IMG/VR virus record: IMGVR_UViG_3300025131_000022
DNA: 64,000 bases
Source of the DNA: an uncultured virus (IMG/VR IMGVR_UViG_3300025131_000022)
Taxonomy: Duplodnaviria > Heunggongvirae > Uroviricota > Caudoviricetes
Strand: one strand, 5' to 3'
Position numbers and translations under genes: made by a program. The notes beneath the pieces were generated by a model. The model searched no databases and was not told the DNA's origin. It saw nothing but the letters and a program-made list of their open reading frames with translations. Positions within the stretch are counted from its first letter, which is position 1; every line of letters begins with the position of its first letter. This document shows, piece after piece, positions 37,872 through 49,200 of the stretch.

Positions 37872-38786
37872 TTATAATAATGTAATTTGTTTTAATCCTT
37901 TTATTCCACCTAACTCACCCACATCTTTATCTTTAGGTACCTTAATTAATCTTATCTTTCCAGTTAACTTGCCACCCTCTAACTTTCTATATAATTTTTC
38001 CGAGTCTTCCCATGCATCGCCATCTAAGCAAATAATAATATTTTTTTTACAATTATCATATAGTTTTTCCCATAATTTATCACTAACACTTTTTCCTAAA
38101 ACTGGTATAGAATTATCTATAAAAAACATGTCAAACACCCCTTCTACCAAATAAACATCTTCTTCCCAATTTATTAAATGTTCATTAAATATAATTTTAT
38201 CTTTTTCTGCTTCAGGATTTTTATATTTATTTTTATGCCCCACATAAGACCTGGAAACAAAATAATTTATTTCTTCATTTTCATCAAATGAAGGAACTAT
38301 AATTCTTCCTCTATATTTTCCTTCAGTTGTGTAACCTATGGAATATTTAGCAATTAATTCATCGGTTATATTTCTTTTTCTAAGATAATTATAAGCTTCT
38401 TTATATGGTATAGTTAATTTATTTCCCTTCGTAAATGAAATGTATTCTTTTGGTAGCCTAACATCTTCATATTTTCTTTCTCTTTTTTTTATAAAGTCTC
38501 CTCCGATTAATTCCCAAGTAGATTTAGTTCTTCTATTCCCCCATTTTAAAAATAACTTATTCAAGGACCCATGTGTACTATAAGTTTCTGAACATGCCCA
38601 ACATTTATATACTCCTTGATAATAATTAACTTCAAAATTCCCTTTTCCATCTCCTTTATCTAATCCTTTTATATCATAAGAACATACGGGACAATCAAAA
38701 GATATTTGTCCATTATTAGGATAATGTGAGTTTATTTCTCCTAAAACGTCCTGTAATAATTCTAATAATAGTGGTGAGTCTTCCAT
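37872..38786 (-). CDS. DNA primase (Zn finger plus Toprim)
   Basis: CPVC...CWAC, YLRKR, RIIVP, VEGVFD, LDGDA and KDVGE. Confidence 0.9.
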   Translation of the reverse strand: MEDSPLLLELLQDVLGEINSHYPNNGQISFDCPVCSYDIKGLDKGDGKGNFEVNYYQGVYKCWACSETYSTHGSLNKLFLKWGNRRTKSTWELIGGDFIKKRERKYEDVRLPKEYISFTKGNKLTIPYKEAYNYLRKRNITDELIAKYSIGYTTEGKYRGRIIVPSFDENEEINYFVSRSYVGHKNKYKNPEAEKDKIIFNEHLINWEEDVYLVEGVFDMFFIDNSIPVLGKSVSDKLWEKLYDNCKKNIIICLDGDAWEDSEKLYRKLEGGKLTGKIRLIKVPKDKDVGELGGIKGLKQITLL

Positions 38787-38790
38787 GAAG

Positions 38791-38821
38791 TAAATGTATG
38801 GAATTTTTTATGGGGAATCAA
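38791..38821 (-). promoter_or_regulatory. Early promoter TTGATT-N17-TACATTTA
   Basis: The -10 hexamer ends 6 nt before the primase ATG. Confidence 0.65.
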
Positions 38822-39418
38822 TTACCAAATTTGTTTTTGGTTCAGATGCCCTAACACACAAGTATAAGCATCACACATATCAAAATTTTCCTTTTTTAAT
38901 GTATTATTTCTTGTATATGCCCATGTTAAATGTGGTTCTTTATTTGAAACTTTTTGCCAAATAATCTGTTTTTTGTCGCACCCCACTTCATAGCCACCAA
39001 ATAGAACTCTTCTTCCTTTAACATTTTCTTGAACTAGGTCTGGAAAGGCAAATTTTCTAGAATTATACGTTGAGATATAAACCGGCACAATCTCTAAAAT
39101 ATCATATATAACTCTAGTTATGAAAGAATTATATCTCATTAAGGTTGCAACTGTTCTAATATTATTAGAGTTTAGTAGGGGTTCTTCTATGATAACCTTG
39201 GTTATCCCAATATTTTTATAATCAATGAGTTTATTCCTGAAATGGTCTGTTTTTACCAGCATTTCCTCTATTTTATCTTCCTTTTTTGGTTTAACTTTAG
39301 GAGAAAAATGAGTTAATTCTAATAACTCTTCTGTTTGTATATTAAAAAGTGCCCAACCTATAGTCTTTGTAGAAATATCTAGGCCAAGTACTTTCGGGGT
39401 AGTTCCAATATTTTCCAT
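38822..39418 (-). CDS. RuvC-like Holliday junction resolvase
   Basis: LGLDISTKTIG, IIEEP and FDMCDA. Confidence 0.8.
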   Translation of the reverse strand: MENIGTTPKVLGLDISTKTIGWALFNIQTEELLELTHFSPKVKPKKEDKIEEMLVKTDHFRNKLIDYKNIGITKVIIEEPLLNSNNIRTVATLMRYNSFITRVIYDILEIVPVYISTYNSRKFAFPDLVQENVKGRRVLFGGYEVGCDKKQIIWQKVSNKEPHLTWAYTRNNTLKKENFDMCDAYTCVLGHLNQKQIW

Positions 39419-39427
39419 GAACTAAAT

Positions 39428-40612
39428 TTAGAAAGTAAGTACTAATTGTAAAGTGACTGGAGTGTTTTTTGCTTTTTCAATTGGTCTATCTGGTAATCCG
39501 ACCGCTATTAATTTATTTTGGGTGTCATATAAACCAATTTCTGTTATATAGGCTGAAGTAACATTAGATAGGTCCCATATTTGGTGTACGTCACCAAATG
39601 GTGTCTGGAATTGAATTCCTGTGTCGGCACCACCTGCCCCATAATAAGGTGTATTAGAATCTGCTGCGGTTTGATTTTCAGTAATATAAAATTCACCTGC
39701 ACCTGCAACAATATCTACTATAACTCTCCATTCTTTTTCGAATGAATAGTAACTACAAGATGCTGACGTAGATGAAGTAAAGATTACTTGTGTATAAGCA
39801 GACGCATCACCACCATAAGTTAATGACCCACCAGTAGAAGAACCACTATAATTAAAAGCACTAACAATTATTGGGTCAGTTATTACTGCAAATCCTTTAT
39901 CCAAATACGCTATACCTACAGGTTTATCCTGTGGTTGTGCATATGCTTTAGGTGTATTAGACGAAGAAACTGTAGTAGTAAATCTAAAATTATCTACCCC
40001 AGCATTAGGATATCCATTTGGTGTGGTATCTACTATCCAAGCATTTGACCAACTAGTTATATTGGTATTAGAAGCAGAAAGTGCGGGTCCTCTAATATCA
40101 TCACAAAATAAAAAAGCTACATTAGTAGATGGTAACTCAGGTGACCCAGTTGTAAGACCTTGGAGTTTAGGATTTCCAAAGTACTCTCCTTCATCCGAAT
40201 TATCTGAAGATGTTGCAAGGGGCATATAATACGAGGAATACATAGTATAGACAGTATTTCCAAATCCTGGAGCTCTCGGTATATGTAACTTCATAGTTCT
40301 TCCATCAATTAATACCCCGTATTCATTTTTAGGAATCTCCGCGACTATAGCTTGAGATTGAGAGAGTCCACTAAACCCTGTATTTGCCCATGTAGATAGG
40401 AAGTCTGTAACATCTCCTGAAATAGCAGGCATATTAAAAGAGGAATAAAGATTAGAAAATGCTCGTCCATTATCCGGATTTCTTTGTATTAGTGTGAATG
40501 GTAAACTTGTACCACTTATTGTATTCCATCCTGTACCTGCAGACGCATTATATGGGACTAGAACAGTTTCTATTCTTTTCTCACTTGCTTTTATGTTTTT
40601 AAATTTTCCCAT
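39428..40612 (-). CDS. Virion tail/baseplate protein with a tail-collar-like C-terminus
   Basis: YITEIGLYDTQNKLIAVG...PIEK; S/T/G-rich. Confidence 0.7.
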   Translation of the reverse strand: MGKFKNIKASEKRIETVLVPYNASAGTGWNTISGTSLPFTLIQRNPDNGRAFSNLYSSFNMPAISGDVTDFLSTWANTGFSGLSQSQAIVAEIPKNEYGVLIDGRTMKLHIPRAPGFGNTVYTMYSSYYMPLATSSDNSDEGEYFGNPKLQGLTTGSPELPSTNVAFLFCDDIRGPALSASNTNITSWSNAWIVDTTPNGYPNAGVDNFRFTTTVSSSNTPKAYAQPQDKPVGIAYLDKGFAVITDPIIVSAFNYSGSSTGGSLTYGGDASAYTQVIFTSSTSASCSYYSFEKEWRVIVDIVAGAGEFYITENQTAADSNTPYYGAGGADTGIQFQTPFGDVHQIWDLSNVTSAYITEIGLYDTQNKLIAVGLPDRPIEKAKNTPVTLQLVLTF

Positions 40613-40613
40613 T

Positions 40614-41045
40614 TTAAATCCAACTTTTATAATTATTCGAGTTTATAGTTCTATCTAAAACTAATGAAGCTCTCCCAGCAAAGTAAAGAGGTAGTATATG
40701 AAATGGACTACCTTCCGTTCTTCCATTAGAATTATTTTGTATTCCTGGGAATACGGTTAGAGTTGTTAGAGCCGAACTTTTTTCATAACTAACAAACATA
40801 TATTTTCCTTTATCTGGTGAACTTACTACTGATAAATATTTGGATGGGGAATAAATTGCATTATATTCTCCTGGTGTTCCAAAATATTGATTAAGATTAT
40901 TATTTCTAGCTTGGTCTATAAATCTATTTCTATTGCCATGAATACGTAATTCATCCACATACAGTATAGGTTGTTTTCCAACAAGTTTACTATTTTCCGT
41001 ACATTTACTTTCTTTTCTGTAAAATTCTAATGCTTTTATATCCAT
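40614..41045 (-). CDS. Hypothetical protein in the structural cluster
   Basis: 143 aa ORF. Confidence 0.6.
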   Translation of the reverse strand: MDIKALEFYRKESKCTENSKLVGKQPILYVDELRIHGNRNRFIDQARNNNLNQYFGTPGEYNAIYSPSKYLSVVSSPDKGKYMFVSYEKSSALTTLTVFPGIQNNSNGRTEGSPFHILPLYFAGRASLVLDRTINSNNYKSWI

Positions 41046-41050
41046 TTTAT

Positions 41051-42922
41051 TTAATTTATTACCTGTCCATATGTGACTTTATAAAATAATGCTGCACCAG
41101 CACTAGTTTGCCACGGATTAGAACTATTATGCCCTCTAGGGTCTTCTGAATATGAACCTAATGTGTCTCCTGCTTCACCATAAAAACGGAAAGTTGCATT
41201 ATCATATATCCTATAATAATTCTGTGAAGAAGTATTATCATATGACATAGACTGTGTAACTGCATCTTTATTAAATTTAAACCTAACAGTTAATTTACAT
41301 GGTGTAGCTACACGTCCGTCGGACGCAGAAACATTCCATGTTATTGGAATTGATATATTATAAGAGGTCTGACCACTTCCACTTAAACCAGCTATATACC
41401 CTCCGGAATATGTATCAGTTTTCCAATAATTATTATTTTGTGCAGCAACTGTTAGGAATATATCATCTGACATTTTCGCTTGTCTAGTATATAATGTATA
41501 ATAAGGGTCTGTGGTTGCAACAACTTTACTAGCAACCGTAGATAATGTATTATCTTTAGACGGATATAATGAAAAATAAGGAGATTGTGATTTCAATCCT
41601 TGTTCAGCCTCAGTCCAATTAGCCGTATATTCCATACTACCCATTAAAAGCCCAAATGTGTCTGAAGGATGTGTAGTATAAGTTATTCTAATACCTTTTT
41701 GGTCACCACTGTTTATATTTATATATTCTCCTTGATTTCTAGTTAATCTTTTCATTTTTATAGGGTAATATACAGGTGGGAAAGAAGTATTAATTGCATT
41801 TACTACTAATCTAGTAGTTGGAATTGTGGTTTTAATATTCTTATACCCTTCACTACCTAAGCCACCACCAGTTGTAGTAGCTTCTCTTTCCATATCTATA
41901 GTACTAACAAAACCAATTAAAGGTTGTGTTTCTCCCGCTAATTCTGTTACCCAACCATTAGTAAAATTATCCATAACAAACGTTGGGTAGGATTCTCCAT
42001 TTTGATTCCATACATTTGTACCTCCACAATTTAAATATCCCATATCAAATGCTGCAAATCCAATACCATACCTACCGGCTCCTCTTAAATATCTACTACC
42101 ATCTTCACTCAATCCTGGTGAAAATAGTAAAGAGAATGGTGAAGCTAATTTCATGCCTTTAAGATTAGTGCCTTCAAAATCTATCCCAGTATGTTGTCCT
42201 CTATTCATAAAAGCACCACCCGCTAACGCTAATGCATTATGGTAACTACTATCAGTATCGGATACTAATTTAATATTCGTAGCGTCTAAAGATGTTCCGT
42301 CATATACTTTAACTGAATCTACAAAATCAATATATTGCCCTATCCCGTGGTCTGATAATGAATTTAAGAAATTTAAATAATCACTATCATTATATATGTT
42401 TAAAACACTTTCATAATAGGTGGTCATTGATGCTTCTATAGTTGTTGAGTTGGTTGATAGTATGTCTTTATGGTCCGCTATATATTTGGCCGCTAATAGT
42501 TTACATAAAACGTAGTAGTCAGATAAGTATACGTCTATTTCTACTTCGTTTCTATAATATTTTACTAAATTATCTGTTCCTCTAACACCAATTGCAACAT
42601 ATTGTTTAGTTTTATTAAATAACTTATTAGATGCCGGTGTTTGCCATATTATATTATTTAGTTTATACCCACTACTGACTGAATTTTTAAAATTAGCATC
42701 TTGTCCTGTAACATCGGTTAAATACCCTAATTGTGGAGAATCATTTGCGGTACTAGTAGTATCGACATGTGCTTCTGTACTTCTATAGTCTATATCTCCG
42801 TCCGAAATAGCAAATTTATTAAACATATTAATAAAATTACCAGAAGTTAACATCATACTTCTCCCCTCTTCTGTTAACTGAAGAGTTAATGTTGTTGCTG
42901 TTTGTGCACTTATATAACCCAT
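41051..42922 (-). CDS. Virion structural protein (LTxxGR...DIDY family)
   Basis: N-terminal LTEEGR...FAISDGDIDY shared with neighbours. Confidence 0.65.
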   Translation of the reverse strand: MGYISAQTATTLTLQLTEEGRSMMLTSGNFINMFNKFAISDGDIDYRSTEAHVDTTSTANDSPQLGYLTDVTGQDANFKNSVSSGYKLNNIIWQTPASNKLFNKTKQYVAIGVRGTDNLVKYYRNEVEIDVYLSDYYVLCKLLAAKYIADHKDILSTNSTTIEASMTTYYESVLNIYNDSDYLNFLNSLSDHGIGQYIDFVDSVKVYDGTSLDATNIKLVSDTDSSYHNALALAGGAFMNRGQHTGIDFEGTNLKGMKLASPFSLLFSPGLSEDGSRYLRGAGRYGIGFAAFDMGYLNCGGTNVWNQNGESYPTFVMDNFTNGWVTELAGETQPLIGFVSTIDMEREATTTGGGLGSEGYKNIKTTIPTTRLVVNAINTSFPPVYYPIKMKRLTRNQGEYININSGDQKGIRITYTTHPSDTFGLLMGSMEYTANWTEAEQGLKSQSPYFSLYPSKDNTLSTVASKVVATTDPYYTLYTRQAKMSDDIFLTVAAQNNNYWKTDTYSGGYIAGLSGSGQTSYNISIPITWNVSASDGRVATPCKLTVRFKFNKDAVTQSMSYDNTSSQNYYRIYDNATFRFYGEAGDTLGSYSEDPRGHNSSNPWQTSAGAALFYKVTYGQVIN

Positions 42923-42974
42923 ATTATTATTCTCTTATTATATAATTATATCGTTAAACGATTTCTTATCACTA

Positions 42975-43760
42975 TTATATACATTTTAAACAATCACCGC
43001 CACATGGTGAATCTGTACCCAAATGTTTACATAGTAAACAATAAATTTCTTTATCTTGGCAAAGATTTAATATATTTACATTATTGTATCTCAAACAATC
43101 TATAAAAATCATTAAATCTTTTTTATCTACTTTTCCGTCCCCATTAAAATCCCCTATCAATTGGTCACTTCCTTTTGTCGCGTTGGCTCCCATCAAACTT
43201 AAAAATATCTTTAAATCATCCATATCAACCCTACCATCACCATTAAAATCAGCACAAACAATACAATATGCTGGATAAAATCTTGTAACACTATCTCCCA
43301 CTAACCAACACGTATTATAATCTCCACTATTTGGTTCCTCTATATCAGTTACGGTCTCTTTTTCCTTATGTTTAGCCCATAGTGTTGTAGTGTTGGTTGG
43401 ATTTACTCCTAATGAAGTATTATAAAGATAGGGTACATTACTTTGCATTGTAATTCTAGCCCCTCTAAATATAGATGGTATTACATTATATGCCCCTTTC
43501 GTATAACTAGGTTCACCACCTCTTGCATCCGGTAGGTCAAAAAAACAAGAACCAGTTAAAGCACTTAATCCTGTTTGGTCTCTACACTCTCCACTCCCGA
43601 CAAATCTACGATAATCAATATCTAAATCTCCTAATCCAAATTTTTGAATCTCATCTAATACTCCATTTCCTAATGCTAATCTACTTTTACCATAATCAGA
43701 TAAGTACATCCTAAATGTATTACCAGATAAATTATTATTATAAATTTCTAAATAACCCAT
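42975..43760 (-). CDS. Virion structural protein with a dockerin-like domain
   Basis: N-terminal LSDYGK...FGLGDLDIDY; ADFNGDGRVDMDDL and GDFNGDGKVDKKDL repeats. Confidence 0.7.
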   Translation of the reverse strand: MGYLEIYNNNLSGNTFRMYLSDYGKSRLALGNGVLDEIQKFGLGDLDIDYRRFVGSGECRDQTGLSALTGSCFFDLPDARGGEPSYTKGAYNVIPSIFRGARITMQSNVPYLYNTSLGVNPTNTTTLWAKHKEKETVTDIEEPNSGDYNTCWLVGDSVTRFYPAYCIVCADFNGDGRVDMDDLKIFLSLMGANATKGSDQLIGDFNGDGKVDKKDLMIFIDCLRYNNVNILNLCQDKEIYCLLCKHLGTDSPCGGDCLKCI

Positions 43761-46168
43761 TAAAAATCAATAGATATTGTAAATTGCTGAGTACTTGTTC
43801 TTTCAACAGGTGACTGCAATTTTGCAATAGCCATTAAGTCTGGGAATCCGTTCTCATTATCATATAAACCAATTTCGGTTATTCGCGGATTTGTAGGGCC
43901 GGTATTGGTTGTATAATCTACCCAGGTTGGATTTGTAGAGGTTGTATATTGGTTTTGTCCTAATTGTACCACATGTTTCATTTCGTAAATAGTTGCTGTT
44001 ATATCAGTCTCTAAACTACCATAGAAAAAATATTCATCCCCAAATTGTAAGTAGCTCTCTTCACCAGTACTCGCGGGAATGTCTATGAAAGTATTTAAAT
44101 GATAAGGTGTTGGTGTACATCCACTACAACATCCGGGGTCTAACTCATTACCTGTCAAATAAAAAGTATGATTTATTATACTCGCTGCAGATATTTTATT
44201 ACCTACAGTATGACCAGGTATTTTAGCGGTTACATCTGTATAACCCCAACCGTGTGGACTCAATGTTGTCCCGTTAGGTACTTTTTGTGTTAAAATATAT
44301 AGAGTGTCCGCTTCCCAACCTGTACCAGTAACTGAAAAATCATCTCTTAAATACGGAAATTCCGGTCCTAATGTAAATCCAAGGTCAAATGGTGTTTCTA
44401 ACGGTTGTAGAGTTTCACTTACATAGTAGTTACAGTGAAGTCCTGTTGTTACACCTGCACTACCAGCTACCTTATTAAGGAACATATAGGTCATCCATAA
44501 AGTCGTTCCTGGATTTTGTATTGCTCCCGTGGTACATCCTGTTGGACAACCGGTTCCCGCTGGAAATTTTTGTGTTTTTGGTGCGGGTAGAGTCCAACTT
44601 CTATTAGATTTATAAGACATAGCTGCAAGTAATTCTTCATCATCAATTACAACCATTTTATAGTCTGGAAATACTTTCCCTACTCTATTAGGTGTACTTC
44701 CACTTCCCCAATTATCATCATATAACTGCCAATATCTTAGACCGTCATCATTCATATTATTATTTAAATTAGATAACATAATATTGGGATTAGTAGGAAA
44801 TACGGTTGAGATATTTTGTGGGTCCACATAAAAAGTCTGTCCTAATTTAGTCTCATTACCAGCACCACTACCAATACCTGTTCCATTAGCATTTTTCTTA
44901 TGCCACATTAACCAAGGTAAATGTAATTTGAAATTCTTAGCTTCTCCTATATCATTTAATTCTTCATCTTTCATAGCAAATTTCTCTCCGTAAAAATCGG
45001 TTGTCGAATTGTTTGTATAATGAATAAATCCAGCACATTTTTGTTCTTCTGGTAAAACTACTCGAGTATTATAAAATGAATCAAAATAGAAAGTACCACC
45101 TTTAACTGTAGGATGATAAGAATCGGTTACTTGCTCACTAAAAGATTGTCCGTTATTGCTCTCTAACCCAAAGTATTCTTTTGAACCACAGTATCCACTA
45201 GAGCCGTAATTATCTACACCTTCATCATTACCAAATCCACCCGACCATACTCCTGCAACTTGGTGCGTCCAATTTATATTCATATTCCATATTTTTACAT
45301 CTGCATTAGACACGTCACAACAATTATTAAAAGATAGTGTCTCATCACACCAACATGTAATTGTTCCTGCAGTATTATACATACTAGATGTAGTCATAGG
45401 GTTAGCTGAAAATGCTGGATACACTCTTACATGCATACATACTGCATTCATTTGTGTCGTTACAGCACTAAAATTAGGTAAAGCTCTATCTACTGTCACA
45501 TATAAAGGAGAAGGCCCTGTTGAGCTACTATTACCAGCTAATATTTGGTAAAATAATGTTGTTGAGGGAGCTGTGGAATCTAATTCCGAACAGCTTGTTC
45601 CTGAAAATTCGTAAGTTACTGATAACAAGTCTCCTATAACTGGAGTATATTCTTGAGTTGAGCATTGTGTAAATGCACTATGTAAAAGCATCTGACTCCC
45701 TCCTGTCATTGCTGAAGTACAAAATAACCAGTTAGAAGATAGAGTATATCTACCACCCGTATTAGCTGAAAAATTACTATAACTTCCTAACCCACTCGGA
45801 GTGTTATTTGTTGTTCCTGTAAAAAACCCTCTGGATGTCGCAGTATTATAAACCTCATTTTGTTGATGCTGTGGTATAGTTGGCCCAAAAGTCGCCCCAC
45901 TACTTAACCCACCCACTAATGGGTATTTAATATGTCCTTTATTTTTTTCAGGTAACGGATTAAGATTTTGTGCATTGTGTTCTGCCTGTAATATCTTCAA
46001 CCCTGCAGCTGTAGCTGGTAATTGGGAATAACAATCATAACAAACTTCACTGTCTCCTAACTGAAAAAGTCCGATATTTAGTTTACCTTCTGATAGTTTT
46101 TTTCTACCCGCGTCGGTTAGACGAGCTACTATCGCTCCTTGTGTACTGTCTTTAATTATATAACTCAT
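43760..46168 (-). CDS. Virion tail/baseplate protein
   Basis: N-terminal LTDAGRKKL...FQLGDSEVCY; C-terminal ITEIGLYD...LMAIAKL. Confidence 0.7.
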   Translation of the reverse strand: MSYIIKDSTQGAIVARLTDAGRKKLSEGKLNIGLFQLGDSEVCYDCYSQLPATAAGLKILQAEHNAQNLNPLPEKNKGHIKYPLVGGLSSGATFGPTIPQHQQNEVYNTATSRGFFTGTTNNTPSGLGSYSNFSANTGGRYTLSSNWLFCTSAMTGGSQMLLHSAFTQCSTQEYTPVIGDLLSVTYEFSGTSCSELDSTAPSTTLFYQILAGNSSSTGPSPLYVTVDRALPNFSAVTTQMNAVCMHVRVYPAFSANPMTTSSMYNTAGTITCWCDETLSFNNCCDVSNADVKIWNMNINWTHQVAGVWSGGFGNDEGVDNYGSSGYCGSKEYFGLESNNGQSFSEQVTDSYHPTVKGGTFYFDSFYNTRVVLPEEQKCAGFIHYTNNSTTDFYGEKFAMKDEELNDIGEAKNFKLHLPWLMWHKKNANGTGIGSGAGNETKLGQTFYVDPQNISTVFPTNPNIMLSNLNNNMNDDGLRYWQLYDDNWGSGSTPNRVGKVFPDYKMVVIDDEELLAAMSYKSNRSWTLPAPKTQKFPAGTGCPTGCTTGAIQNPGTTLWMTYMFLNKVAGSAGVTTGLHCNYYVSETLQPLETPFDLGFTLGPEFPYLRDDFSVTGTGWEADTLYILTQKVPNGTTLSPHGWGYTDVTAKIPGHTVGNKISAASIINHTFYLTGNELDPGCCSGCTPTPYHLNTFIDIPASTGEESYLQFGDEYFFYGSLETDITATIYEMKHVVQLGQNQYTTSTNPTWVDYTTNTGPTNPRITEIGLYDNENGFPDLMAIAKLQSPVERTSTQQFTISIDF

Positions 46169-46201
46169 AGTTTTTTACTTTATTAATAAATACATTTTAT
46201 T

Positions 46202-49200
46202 TTAAATAGTTGTCTGTCCTGGATTAAGATTATTTATTAATGCTACACCACTAGGTGAATAGAAAACATCTCTACTTATTTCAAAGGAGATAATATCTGT
46301 TTGGGTGGTGGTATAAACACTCTCTCCATTTAATAATGGGTATTGTCTAGTAATCGATACTCTATATTTATAGGTTCCTGGTGCTGGCGGTTTTAAGGTA
46401 AAACTTTTCTCAATATTACCTAAAAAATCTTCTGAAATTATTTCAGTTAATTCGTCTATTAAATCACCATCATTATTAAATAATTTAACTCTAATAGTAT
46501 CCCCTAATGGTTTATCTTTCAAATACGTAACCGGTATCTGTGGTTCTTTATTACTTGTAAACCCAACTATAGTATATATTGTTTTATAAAATAACCCAAT
46601 TATATCACCTTCACTATATAAGGTTGTATCATTCATAAGTTGAATCTTTGAATCGCTTACTTTAATATACGTTGTTTCTGGTGCTTGTATTAGACCATTT
46701 ATAGATAATACGACCCCGCCAAAAGATTGTTTATCTAAATTTATATAATAATATCCATTTTCTTCATATATCATATCCGTATTTGTGGTAGATATTGTTG
46801 CTGGTACAGTAAAATACTGAGTATATGACCCACCTAATCTATCATACATTACTGTTAAAATATCACCATTTTGTACTGTCTCTGGAAAAAATCGTATTCC
46901 TCTACTTGGCAAAATTTCATAATCCCCTGTTTGCAACATTCCTCCCGCCACTTCAGGGTATCTTGCAGGACTCTTCTCGTTAATATATGGATTATCAGCT
47001 TCAAACGCTACACCTGCAACCCCTGCTGTTTGTACCACACCATTAACACTAACTAGGGGTTGGCTAATGAATGCCGAAGGTGCTGAATGGAAATATGTGC
47101 TTGAGCTAAACCCACTCATCCATGTTTCAGGCATATTTGCTACAGTTATATTATCTATTTGCATAGAAGGCGGTGTAAATGGCATTACAAAATTATTTAA
47201 TAGTAAGTTCGGTGTTGGTGGATTATCTACTACCGCCATATAAAAATCTTTGGTATTTGAAAAATATTTTTTAGGTGGGTATGATGCGGTGTCAATCCAT
47301 CTCTCATTTTTTGAATTTTTATCTTTAGCTAGATAACTTGTTCTAATTATATATTCCCAACTATCACCAGATGCACATCCTGACCACGGAATAATAGTTA
47401 TTCCACTTAATCTTAAACTTTGAACTGAAGGTTCGTAGTAGGATGGTAATGTATCAAAAATTGCTTCATAAGACGGTAAAGTTGCAACTTCTTCTAACTG
47501 TGTTATATAAGGAAATATTCTGAATTTTGCATACATATTTCCAAACAACATGTCAGTATTATCCCCATCAAAATAAAACTTCACAATGGCTCCCCCTCCT
47601 TGGCTCGTATTATATACTGATAATGTAGGTTCTCCACCTACTTCTTCACTTAATTTAACATTGGGTCTACTTAAACCTACTGTTGTTAATGTAGGTAAAG
47701 GAATGGTTTGTAAAGACACATTTACTCTTGGTTTAATTTTTGGGACGTTTGGTTCTGATGATGTATACCTATTTCTATCACTAGTTTGTATTATGTGAGC
47801 TGTCGTTCCTGTGGTTGCTGTTATCTGAACTGTAGCAGATGGTCCTGTTATTGCAGAACATGGTGGAACTTCAACATGTTGTTGGGACGGTGAACCCGTA
47901 AATTGTAAATGATACCAACTTGTGTTTGATTGGGAATTTTCCCACACACCTATTCTTCGTGAACCTAAATATTTACATAACGTATACTCAGTTAACCAAC
48001 TTTGACTATCATATGCTGAATAACTATTCCCTGACCAGGTAGTTTTATCTAATAAATTAAAATTAATTTCATATTGAGAATTATATGGGTTGGAGTCCCC
48101 AACTATAATGGTTCCCCCACCTGTTCCTCCAGAACCCATTGTTTCTGTAAATTGGATTTTAAAATGTTCTCCCGTTGTTCCAGAACGAGTTATTTTAGTT
48201 CTTAGTGACGCAAGACTATGCCACTCTCCTGCCGCACTTAAAGGTGTTAAATAAGAATTATTAGTTAATAAGGTTGTTTGACCATAATCTGGGTCAGCAC
48301 TAACACATGTACCACATTGATTACAATTTCTAAACTGAGTAGTGGTTGTTTTATTAAAACCATATGATTGGTTTGTTGCGTTATCACTTATACTAATAGC
48401 TCCTGTATTACCATTTAACTGAAGAGATAAAGTATGTGTAACATCTGATGGTCCATATTTTCCATTATCGTCCCTAAATGAGGCTAAAACTATTCCTATG
48501 GTATCATCATCATAAGCTGCATATAGCTTACCGATGCTATTAAAACTCATTTGCCAAGTATAATTGTTATAAGAACATAAACTATGAAGACCTGTATATT
48601 GTGAATTATTTGCATTCTCACCCGCAAGTAATTTTCCTAATGTTCCACTATCGGGATAAATAGTGCTTGCTAAAATAACAACATCAGATGCATTTATAGT
48701 GTAATCATAAATCCCTAAATCTTGTACTGTAACTCCAGATGTAGCGCCGGTTAAACTAATACCAATCGGATTTCCTGGTTGACCATAATTTATTCTAGGG
48801 TCATATGTTACCCAATTCAGAAGTGAATTATAGGTTGGGTATAATACCCTAAATTTATTTAATTGTTCTTCATAATAAAATTTACCTATATTAGCTGCAC
48901 TTCTTGCGATATCGGGCCCTACATTACCATCACCTTCATTTGCAGTTAATGCTGAAACTCCTAAATACCAATCATCAGCAGTATCAGTTAATCTAGTACT
49001 CGTAGTTCCGGTATATAACCATACATATGGATTATTCGTATCTATCTCTCCATCTTGTTTGAGACCCATATCAAATATTCCTTCTACTCCTGTAGTTATC
49101 GCTGGCCCCCAACTTGCGGCAAAATAGAGGTAGAATGGTGCCCAAGGAACAAAATTTTCCCACGTACCATTAATAATTGTATCTAGAACCCATCCATATG

